Shown in pieces: positions 46,437 through 54,641 of a stretch of DNA of 64,000 nt. This stretch comes from Candidatus Adlerbacteria bacterium. GTDB taxonomy: Bacteria > Patescibacteriota > Minisyncoccia > Phycocordibacterales > SBAW01. Position 1 is the stretch's first letter. Each line of letters begins with the position of its first letter. The notes beneath the pieces were generated by a model. The model was not told the origin of the DNA and ran no database searches. It saw only the letters and a list, made by a program, of their open reading frames with translations. The translations under genes and the position numbers were made by a program. The stretch lies in assembly GCA_963749085.1 (NCBI GenBank), contig CAVVLG010000002.1, forward strand, positions 83,178 to 147,177, given 5' to 3'.

Positions 46437-47816
46437 ATGGAATTCACCCCCTCACCTCCAAAAGGAGCCTTTAAAATAAGGCTTATTCTCGGCACTCTCA
46501 ACAAATTTACAGGCCAGGAGCTTCACATAGGCATCGGAAAGGAGAAAATCCTGCCCCGTCGCAAAATGATCCTTTTGATGCGCAAGGTCATATCCCTGGC
46601 AAAACAGAATCAATGCAAGGTCATCGAAATCGACTGGAAGGACATTCGAAAGGTGGCGGATAAGAGAATAAACGATTTTGATCTTGGGGTTCTCATCGGC
46701 ACGGCGTTCGTGATGGCTGACTACGAGCACAACAACTACAAAACTCCTCCTGAGGAAGGCTTTACCTTTATCAAGACAGCTGCTATTCCAAATACTCCTG
46801 CCGTAGGGAAAAATGGCGTGTGGAAAGGGGAGCAAATTGCCTACGCCGTGAACGCCTGCCGCGAGCTCTCCAACACGCCAGGCAGCGACATGACGCCGGA
46901 GCTTCTGAGCGAGGCGGCGATAAAGATGGCACGGGGGACCAAAGCCAAAGTGAAGCTTCTCGATCGCGCCGAGATGTGGAAACTGGGCATGGGCGCCATC
47001 CTCGGTGTAGGCAAAGGCTCTATACATGAGCCGCAGTTCATTATTGTCGAATACTGGGGCACCGACCGCTCAAAGAAACCGATAGTCCTCATCGGCAAAG
47101 GCGTCACCTTCGATACCGGCGGCCTCAACATCAAACCGGGCGATCATATGTACGAGATGCATATGGATATGTCGGGTGGCGCTGCAGTCATTCAGACGGT
47201 AATTTTGGCGGCAAAGCTCGGGATAAAAAAGAATGTGATTGCGCTCGTGCCGGCGGTCGAGAATAATCTGGCGGCCAATGCCATGCGGCCGGGGGACATC
47301 CTTACCTCGCTTTCAAAAAAGACTATCGAAATACTCAATACCGATGCGGAGGGCCGGGTCATATTGGCTGACGCAATAACCTACGCCAAAAAATACAATC
47401 CTGCAGCGGTCATTGATGTAGCGACGCTTGCCGGTGCCGCGCTCGTCGCAATGGGCACCGTTGCATCCGCTTTCATGACCAATAAACCATCCGCCATCGT
47501 GCCACTCATGGACATAGCGGAGCACTCCGGCGACTATATGTGGCCTTTTCCTTTGTGGGAGGAGTACGACGAAATGGTGAAAGGCACGTTCGGCGACGTA
47601 CCCAATATCTCAACCATGGGCAACAGCCGGGAAGGCGGCGTCATCGCCGGCGGAAAATTTTTAGAAGTGTTCGCCAAAGAGCTTAAGTGCCTCTGGGTGC
47701 ACATCGATATCGCACCCAGAATGGTTTCCTATCCGAGCGAGAATTTGGCCAAAGGAGCCGCGGGTGCCCCAGTCCGTTTTCTCCTTGAATTTATAGAGAA
47801 AAATAACGTCAGATAA
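46437..47816 (+). CDS. pepA: leucyl aminopeptidase (M17)
   Basis: GKGVTFDTGG, MDMSGGAA, NTDAEGR, HIDIA. Confidence 0.95.
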   Translation: MEFTPSPPKGAFKIRLILGTLNKFTGQELHIGIGKEKILPRRKMILLMRKVISLAKQNQCKVIEIDWKDIRKVADKRINDFDLGVLIGTAFVMADYEHNNYKTPPEEGFTFIKTAAIPNTPAVGKNGVWKGEQIAYAVNACRELSNTPGSDMTPELLSEAAIKMARGTKAKVKLLDRAEMWKLGMGAILGVGKGSIHEPQFIIVEYWGTDRSKKPIVLIGKGVTFDTGGLNIKPGDHMYEMHMDMSGGAAVIQTVILAAKLGIKKNVIALVPAVENNLAANAMRPGDILTSLSKKTIEILNTDAEGRVILADAITYAKKYNPAAVIDVATLAGAALVAMGTVASAFMTNKPSAIVPLMDIAEHSGDYMWPFPLWEEYDEMVKGTFGDVPNISTMGNSREGGVIAGGKFLEVFAKELKCLWVHIDIAPRMVSYPSENLAKGAAGAPVRFLLEFIEKNNVR

Positions 47817-47830
47817 GGTAAAATAGGCCC

Positions 47831-48541
47831 ATGCCTATCAGTGTAAAGACCCCGGTCTACGAGGGCCCGCTTGATCTCCTTCTGGAGCTCATCGAGAAGC
47901 GCAAACTCCTCATAAACGACATCTCGCTTGCCGCCGTCACCGAGGAATATATCGCGCGCATTAACACTATGGAGGAGCTCCCGGTGGGGGAGACGGCGGA
48001 GTTCGTGGCGCTTGCCGCGACCCTCCTCCTCATCAAATCCCGCTCGCTGCTCCCAGTCCTCACCCTCTCCGATGAGGAATCGCAGGATATCAAGGAACTG
48101 GAGTACCGCCTTGCGCTCTACCAGCTCATAAAAGAGGCGGCAAAAGGCCTCAACCGAAGCTTAAGCAACCCCGCGCTCTACGAAGGTAACACCCCCGAGC
48201 AGGAGCCCCTTTTTATACCGGACGTCTCACTTACGCAGGAGAGTATCCTCACCTCGGCACACCTACTCATAGACGGCTTCCCACAGCACCTGGAACTCCC
48301 GAAAGTGAACGTCAAAAGAATAATTACCATAGAGGAGATGATAGATAGACTTGCCACACGGGTGAGCTCTGCCTTCACCTTGAGCTTTAAGGAATTCGCC
48401 GGCACAAAAGAGAAATCGGAGATAATTGTGAGCTTTTTAGCCCTTTTGGAGCTGGTAAAGCAAGGCATCATCAAAGCCACCCAGGAGAGCGGTGACATCA
48501 GACTTGAAGCCGATGCGGTCGCAACGCCCTCCTATGAATGA
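47831..48541 (+). CDS. scpA: segregation/condensation protein A
   Basis: YEGPLDLLLELI, ATLLLIKSRSLLP, FLALLELVK. Confidence 0.95.
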   Translation: MPISVKTPVYEGPLDLLLELIEKRKLLINDISLAAVTEEYIARINTMEELPVGETAEFVALAATLLLIKSRSLLPVLTLSDEESQDIKELEYRLALYQLIKEAAKGLNRSLSNPALYEGNTPEQEPLFIPDVSLTQESILTSAHLLIDGFPQHLELPKVNVKRIITIEEMIDRLATRVSSAFTLSFKEFAGTKEKSEIIVSFLALLELVKQGIIKATQESGDIRLEADAVATPSYE

Positions 48542-49094
48542 TATGAGCGACCTTTCCGCGCGTATTGAAGCCGTTCTGTTTGCACTGGGCCGACCCGCCT
48601 CGCGCGAAGAACTCGCTCGCAAGCTCAGCGTATCAGCTGATGCACTTGAAAAAGCGTTGAACGATCTAAGCGAGGAGAAGCACGGCGTCGTTGTGGTTGA
48701 CGACGGCAGAGAATTGCAGCTGCGCGCCTCGCCAAGGGTCGCAGAGCTTATCGAGCGCATCCGCAAAGAAGAGTACACCCGCGACATAGGCCGTGCGGGG
48801 CTTGAAGCGCTCTCCGCGATACTCTACCGCGGACCCCTCACGCGGGCGGAAATAGATTTCATACGCGGCGTCAATTCCTCGCAAACCTTGCGTACGCTCT
48901 CCGTGCGCGGACTCGTACGCAGAATCACCAATCCCAAAGACGAGCGGTCCTTCCTGTACGAGCCGACCACCGAGCTACTCTCACAGCTGGGTGTCGCGCG
49001 CGTGAGCGAATTGCCGGAGTTTAAACGTATTCAAGAGAAATTAGCCACGCTCGAAGAAGCGTACCGAGCGAAGGAGACTACGGATGCCGTATGA
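48534..49094 (+). CDS. scpB: segregation/condensation protein B
   Basis: IEAVLF, LEALSAILYRGPLTRAEIDFIRGVNS. Confidence 0.95.
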   Translation: MNDMSDLSARIEAVLFALGRPASREELARKLSVSADALEKALNDLSEEKHGVVVVDDGRELQLRASPRVAELIERIRKEEYTRDIGRAGLEALSAILYRGPLTRAEIDFIRGVNSSQTLRTLSVRGLVRRITNPKDERSFLYEPTTELLSQLGVARVSELPEFKRIQEKLATLEEAYRAKETTDAV

Positions 49095-49993
49095 CCCTTA
49101 GGGAGATTCCCCCAACGCTTATGGTCTCCATTGCCGGCACCGTACTCGGGTGCTTGTTGTTCGCTGGATTCCTTGCGTACCACTATGCGCACCAAACTAC
49201 TGCCACTAAGGTAGCCTTCCAAGCGTCGCTCACGCTCAGTCCTACCTTGCTTCTCGCCCAGTCTGCCGTGTTGTACGACCCGAGCGACGGACGCATCCTG
49301 TTTGAAAAAAAAGCCGATGCCGTGCGTCCCCTGGCATCGCTAACGAAATTGATGTCGGCGGAGGTAGTACTCAATAACGAGGAACAATTCCTCAACACGC
49401 CCATTACCATGGCGACGTCAGACTTAGCCACGGCAGGAGATGCGGGGGATTGGGGTTTTCATGCGGGCGACGTGGTAACGCTGGGAAATTTGGTTAAATT
49501 CGGGCTCGTCGCTTCTTCAAACGACGCCATGGCCGCCGCGGCCACAAGCCTCGGCCCCAACTACATAAACGACATGAACCGCACGGCAGGAGCGCTCGGG
49601 CTCATGAGCACGTATTTTTTAAATTCAACCGGGCTTGACCTCAACGACGATACCTCAGGCGCCTACGGATCGGCAACGGATGTGGCGCGACTCGCGGCGG
49701 CATTTCTCAAGACCTATCCGCAATACTTTGAGCTAACCGAGTACCCGACTATAGCCATTGATGACAGCGGCAAAGTGCTCGTGGCCGACGCAACGGCACG
49801 GCCCATTCAAAATATCCCCGGGCTTATCGGCGCCAAGACCGGGTATACCGATTTGGCCGGCGGCAACTTGGTCGCGGCGTTTGATATTGATATCGGACAC
49901 CCCCTTATCGCGGTGGTGCTGGGGTCAACGGAGGAGGGCCGCTTCAGCGATATACGGACTATAATAAACGCTGCACGCACCCAATACCTATGA
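49091..49993 (+). CDS. D-alanyl-D-alanine carboxypeptidase (S11)
   Basis: ASLTKLM, SSN, KTG motifs; N-terminal TM. Confidence 0.92.
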   Translation: MTLREIPPTLMVSIAGTVLGCLLFAGFLAYHYAHQTTATKVAFQASLTLSPTLLLAQSAVLYDPSDGRILFEKKADAVRPLASLTKLMSAEVVLNNEEQFLNTPITMATSDLATAGDAGDWGFHAGDVVTLGNLVKFGLVASSNDAMAAAATSLGPNYINDMNRTAGALGLMSTYFLNSTGLDLNDDTSGAYGSATDVARLAAAFLKTYPQYFELTEYPTIAIDDSGKVLVADATARPIQNIPGLIGAKTGYTDLAGGNLVAAFDIDIGHPLIAVVLGSTEEGRFSDIRTIINAARTQYL

Positions 49994-51039
49994 ACGCCTT
50001 CGACGTACTGCGCATATTCCTCCCCGCAACCGTCGCCTTTCTTTTCGGCATTGCGCTGACGCCTTTTTTGACCCACTTTCTCTACCAGCGGCAGATGTGG
50101 AAGCAAAAGGGGGGCAAAATAGGGCTCGACGGAAAGCCGGCCGAAGTATTCAATCAGCTCCACGAACACAAAGAAGTCGGCACGCCGCGCTTCGGCGGCG
50201 TCATCGTGTGGGGCAGCGTCGTCTTTACCGCCGCGCTCTTTCAGATACTGTATATATTCTTTCCCAGTTCCTTCAATAATTTGGCGTTCATAAGCCGCAG
50301 CCAGACGTGGGTTCCTCTCGCGGCGCTTCTCGTCGGTGCTCTGGTCGGACTCATGGACGATTTTTACGAAGTGCAGGGCAGGAGGGGACTGCCGTTACGC
50401 GTGCGGCTGAGCATCGTGGCGATAGTGGGACTTGTGTGCGCCTACTGGTTTTACGCCAAGCTCGGCGTTTCATCCATTTCCTCCTTCGGTGCGCCGATAG
50501 AGCTTGGCGTGTGGTTCATACCGTTCTTTATCCTCGTGACGCTCTTCATCTACGCCGGCGGTGTGATAGACGGCCTCGACGGCCTTGCAGGCGGCACCTT
50601 TTCCTCCGTGTTCGCCGCTTACGCCTGCATCGCGTACTTCCAGGACCAGATGAATCTCGCGGCTTTGTGCGCGGCCATAGCCGGAGGGCTCCTCGCCTTT
50701 TTGTGGTTTAACATTCCTCCCGCGCGCTTCTATCTCTCCGAAACCGGCACCATGGGTTTAACGCTTACCCTCGTCGTCGTAGCGTTTTTGACCGATAAAC
50801 TGGGGGGCGGCAGGGGAGTCATTGTGCTCCCTATTATTGCGCTGCCCTTGGTCGCGACTGTGCTTTCCAATATCGTGCAAATGCTGAGCAAAAAAATATG
50901 GGGGAGAAAACTGTTCCGCATCGCGCCGCTGCACCATCACTTTGAAGCCCTTGGCTGGCCCTCCTACAAGGTAGTGATGCGCTACTGGATAGTAGGACTT
51001 ATTGCGGCCATTATCGGCATAAGCATCGCGTTGCTGTGA
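49990..51039 (+). CDS. mraY: phospho-MurNAc-pentapeptide transferase
   Basis: GTPRFGG, GLMDD, DGLDGL, APLHHHFE. Confidence 0.93.
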   Translation: MNAFDVLRIFLPATVAFLFGIALTPFLTHFLYQRQMWKQKGGKIGLDGKPAEVFNQLHEHKEVGTPRFGGVIVWGSVVFTAALFQILYIFFPSSFNNLAFISRSQTWVPLAALLVGALVGLMDDFYEVQGRRGLPLRVRLSIVAIVGLVCAYWFYAKLGVSSISSFGAPIELGVWFIPFFILVTLFIYAGGVIDGLDGLAGGTFSSVFAAYACIAYFQDQMNLAALCAAIAGGLLAFLWFNIPPARFYLSETGTMGLTLTLVVVAFLTDKLGGGRGVIVLPIIALPLVATVLSNIVQMLSKKIWGRKLFRIAPLHHHFEALGWPSYKVVMRYWIVGLIAAIIGISIALL

Positions 51040-52133
51040 AAAAGTCCATAGACACTCCATTCCTGCTGACGCTCTCCGCCTTGGTGGTGTGCGGATTGCT
51101 CATATTCACTTCCGCAGCGCTCTCGCTGTTAGCCGAGGACGGTGGTGCTACGTTTACGTCGGTTGCTGTAAGCCAGTTGCTCTTAGGTCTCGTGTGCGGA
51201 AGCATCGGCTTGGTGTTTTTCGCCAAGATAGATTATCGCATTTGGAAACCCTACACGATTTACCTTTTTGCTGTAGGCGTCATGCTTTCGCTCCTGACCT
51301 TTGTGCCCCATATCGGACTGTCACTGAAAGGTGCGGCCCGCTGGATTGTCGTCGGCCCTCTTTCCTTCCAGCCGGAGGAAATACTGAAATTCGCGACCGT
51401 AATGCTCTTGGCAGCGGTGTTTTCTGCGCGCATGCGCACAGTCAACACCATCCGTGGCGGCATCATTCCATTGATCCTTATCGCCGGTAGCGCAGGAGTT
51501 ATTTTGCTCATTCAGCCCGATACAGCAGGCGTCTTGGTCATCGGGATGGCGGGCTTGGCGATGCTATACGCTGCAGGAGGTAGGATCTCCCACATGCTCG
51601 CGCTCATCCTCCTCGGCGTCCTTATCATAGGCATCGCCGCCTATGAGCGACCCTATATCGCCCAGCGCATCGAGACTTTTCTTAATCAGTCCGCTGATCC
51701 GGAAGGTGCCGGCTTTCAGATTGAGCAGTCCCTTATTTCAGTAGGCTCGGGTGGTCTCACGGGGCAGGGCTTTGGCCAGGGTATAGAAAAATTTTCCTAT
51801 CTTCCCGAGCCCATAGGCGATTCTATTTTTGCTGTTGTGGGCGAGGAGTTTGGTTTTATCGGAAGCGCGGCACTTGTCCTTCTATATGCGGCTATAGCGC
51901 TCTTGGGGTTGCGCATAGCGGCGAAGGCGCCGGATCCCTTCGGAGGACTCTTGGTGGTCGGTTTTATCATCCTCATCGTCGGTCAGTCGTTTTTTAATAT
52001 TGCTTCGGCAATAGGGTTGGTACCCTTGGTGGGGGTTCCTTTAGTATTCGTCTCTCACGGTGGTACTTCGCTTGCGGTGTCACTTGCCGAAGTAGGCGTT
52101 GTTCTCAGTGTTTCAAGGAGAATGAAGAGTTAA
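51036..52133 (+). CDS. ftsW: SEDS peptidoglycan polymerase FtsW
   Basis: GAARWI...FQPEE..K, QPD, YLPEPIGDSIFAVVGEEFG, PLVFVSHGGTS; follows mraY. Confidence 0.9.
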   Translation: MKKSIDTPFLLTLSALVVCGLLIFTSAALSLLAEDGGATFTSVAVSQLLLGLVCGSIGLVFFAKIDYRIWKPYTIYLFAVGVMLSLLTFVPHIGLSLKGAARWIVVGPLSFQPEEILKFATVMLLAAVFSARMRTVNTIRGGIIPLILIAGSAGVILLIQPDTAGVLVIGMAGLAMLYAAGGRISHMLALILLGVLIIGIAAYERPYIAQRIETFLNQSADPEGAGFQIEQSLISVGSGGLTGQGFGQGIEKFSYLPEPIGDSIFAVVGEEFGFIGSAALVLLYAAIALLGLRIAAKAPDPFGGLLVVGFIILIVGQSFFNIASAIGLVPLVGVPLVFVSHGGTSLAVSLAEVGVVLSVSRRMKS

Positions 52134-52201
52134 AAAAACGCCCCCAGAATATCCCCACGTCCTCCTTTGACAATAGCCAAGCAGACCACATACTTCACCA
52201 T

Positions 52202-54265
52202 ATGGAAGGAGCCCCTCGTCCTGAAGCGAAGACTGAACCTGTAGATTCTGAAGCGACAAAGAAAGGTGAGCAGCTAAGTAAATCGACATCAACCGGAGAG
52301 AAAGACTCTACAAAGGGAATGAAGGATATCGCCCTGGAGTATCTCGAAAAGTGGGAAAACCCCGCTCCAGACCTCTCTAAGGAAGGCATAGAAAGGAGAG
52401 CAACCCGCGTCACCGAAGCAATTGAGTTGGCAAAGACAAAGCGGGCAGAAGCAGAGAAAAAGAAGGGGGAGAGGGCGGCCCGCGTTGCTGAAGTAATTGA
52501 ACTTACCAAAGCGAAACGAACCGAATCGAAAGTACAGGAGGGCCCGCAGGAGACGACTCCCAAGGATTGGGAGGAAAGCCTCGGTGCGGTAAAGGCGCAG
52601 CAGGAAAAAGCCGCGGCTGAAGAAACACGAGAGGTGTCGGGAGGCGGCGTCCAAGCAACAAAGGCGGAAACAAAAGGAGCTTCTGAAGCTGCCCCTGTGA
52701 CTCTGGAACAGTTGAAACTAAACCTTGATAATGCCCGCGCGGAACAATTGAAGGCGGTGCACGACCACGAAGAGGCGCGTCGCCATCATATTGGCTTGTT
52801 CGGCCGAACACAAGAAAAAATATTCGGCAAGAAGGACACACTTGAAAAATCTGATTCGTATAAACGGGCCGAGAAAGAGTACCAGGAAGCAAAAGTCGGC
52901 TATGCACAATTCTTGCTCAAGAGTAGCTTAGATGAGAAAGGGGTGCCTTTGCCAAGGAAACAAAACGAGGTTATTGGTTTTGTGGAAGAGGAAATGAAGG
53001 CTTATGCGGCGCTTCTTACTCCCGTTTCAGTTGAAAAAGCGGGTTTGGTGCAGAAACTATGGCGCGGATACACGCAGATGCCGAGAGGAAATCGGATAGC
53101 GTTGACGCTTGCTCTTTCGGGAGTAGCCGCCGGACTCGTTTCATTTTCCCTTGGGGCAAGCGCCGCCGCTGCCGCCGGGGTCTTGGGGTACCGAATTGTA
53201 AGAGGAGGAATCGGAACTGCTGTTGGCACCATTTCTACTGGGCTTTATGGAAAGTATCGTGGTTCCAAAATCGAGAGACAGCAAGGTTTGCAGCGACAGA
53301 ACGTCATACGCGGACTTTCAATGACCAATATGAACGATGCCATTAAAACAGTAGAATCGCTCCAAAAAGAAAGAGAGAAATTCGATACCAGAACGGGTTG
53401 GAGAAAGGCACTCATCGCCGTAGCTGTTGGAGGTACAACAGCGGGAACGCTGTCGCTGCTCCACGGTGTTTCTGAAGCGGCGGTTGGAATACCAATTGCA
53501 GGAACTGGAGCCGACCTTCCACCTGGGCCAACTGGTGCGGCGGAAATAAAGGATTACTCTATATTCACCGGACCGCATGCAACCGGCGCAGGCATTGATC
53601 CAAGAACAGAAGGTCCGCCAATTATGCCTATGCCCAAAATGTCTTTCCCGGGCGATATCCAAAATCCAGGAGGTATGGCTGCACCCGGCACATCTTTCCC
53701 GGTTACTTCCGAAGCGCTGCCAGATATCACCCCGCCGAAGGATTACTCTATATTCACTGGCCCACATGCAACGGGCGCAGGCATTGATCCAAGAACAGAA
53801 ACTCCGCTGATGGGCGACGCACCTAAGGACTATTCAATCTTTACCGGACCGCATGCAACCGGCGCGGATATTGATCCGAGGACCGAGGGTCTGCCGTACG
53901 CGCCTGGAGGTTCCCTGGGGGGTGTAACGTTCCACGTCGGACCGGGAGACAATTTATGGAGGCTCAACGAACGAATGCTTAGTACGAATAAAGATTTTAC
54001 GACGCTCAATACGGCTCAAAAACATTGGATGCTCTCCACTATCGAGAAACAGTATCATCAGATGAGTCAGCAAGATCTTCAAGATAGGCATTTTTCGCGC
54101 GATACGAGCGGAAAATTCAATGTCAACAATATACAGACGGGTCAAGAGGTCAAACTGGTCAATGTGAGTGGGTCGAGGATGATCAATGATTTATTGCAGA
54201 GTGCTCGCAATCTCACTCCGGAGCAGCAGCGCAGTATTTTGCTGAACCGACTCGGAAAAAGATGA
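52202..54265 (+). CDS. large membrane protein with coiled-coil N-terminus, 21-aa repeats and LysM-like C-terminus
   Basis: Charged N-terminus, Gly/Ala-rich TMs, Pro-rich linker with 3 repeats, FHVGPGDNLW...IQTGQEV. Confidence 0.8.
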   Translation: MEGAPRPEAKTEPVDSEATKKGEQLSKSTSTGEKDSTKGMKDIALEYLEKWENPAPDLSKEGIERRATRVTEAIELAKTKRAEAEKKKGERAARVAEVIELTKAKRTESKVQEGPQETTPKDWEESLGAVKAQQEKAAAEETREVSGGGVQATKAETKGASEAAPVTLEQLKLNLDNARAEQLKAVHDHEEARRHHIGLFGRTQEKIFGKKDTLEKSDSYKRAEKEYQEAKVGYAQFLLKSSLDEKGVPLPRKQNEVIGFVEEEMKAYAALLTPVSVEKAGLVQKLWRGYTQMPRGNRIALTLALSGVAAGLVSFSLGASAAAAAGVLGYRIVRGGIGTAVGTISTGLYGKYRGSKIERQQGLQRQNVIRGLSMTNMNDAIKTVESLQKEREKFDTRTGWRKALIAVAVGGTTAGTLSLLHGVSEAAVGIPIAGTGADLPPGPTGAAEIKDYSIFTGPHATGAGIDPRTEGPPIMPMPKMSFPGDIQNPGGMAAPGTSFPVTSEALPDITPPKDYSIFTGPHATGAGIDPRTETPLMGDAPKDYSIFTGPHATGADIDPRTEGLPYAPGGSLGGVTFHVGPGDNLWRLNERMLSTNKDFTTLNTAQKHWMLSTIEKQYHQMSQQDLQDRHFSRDTSGKFNVNNIQTGQEVKLVNVSGSRMINDLLQSARNLTPEQQRSILLNRLGKR
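53549..53887 (+). repeat. three 63-bp intragenic repeats (KDYSIFTGPHATGA[G/D]IDPRTE)
   Basis: Copies at 53549-53611, 53738-53800 and 53825-53887. Confidence 0.95.
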
Positions 54266-54298
54266 GCATTATTAACGTGTATAATACTTAAGATATAT

Positions 54299-54607
54299 AT
54301 GGATGCAGCTAAGATAAAACAATCGATGATAGAGCAGTGGGGGTTGAGCGCGGTGTCTCCCGCAGAGCAGGACGAGTATATCGACCGTATCGGTAAACTA
54401 CTCTATCAAGCTGTCATTTTGCGAGTAACGGAGGACATGACCGATGAGGACAAGGATGCCCTAGATACGTTCATGAGCCAAAACCCGGAAGCCGATGCGG
54501 TACAGATCCTTGATTTCCTCAGCACGCGTATCCCTGACTTTTCTCAGATACTGGGCGAAGAAACTGCGAAACTCAAGGAATTGATTGCTCCTCCCGTAGC
54601 GGCGTAA
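54299..54607 (+). CDS. DUF5663-like small acidic helical protein
   Basis: WGLS...EQDEYIDRIGKLLYQAVILR...FL..RIPDF..IL.EE pattern seen in CPR proteins. Confidence 0.7.
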   Translation: MDAAKIKQSMIEQWGLSAVSPAEQDEYIDRIGKLLYQAVILRVTEDMTDEDKDALDTFMSQNPEADAVQILDFLSTRIPDFSQILGEETAKLKELIAPPVAA

Positions 54608-54641
54608 AACCCTATCTCTTCGTTACTGCTGGAGTGAAGTC

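Noticed and set aside
53549-53887. Repeats as a CRISPR array or DGR template/variable repeat
   Set aside because: They are 63-bp in-frame copies with unequal spacers and mostly synonymous, not adenine-specific, differences; no cas or reverse transcriptase gene is present.
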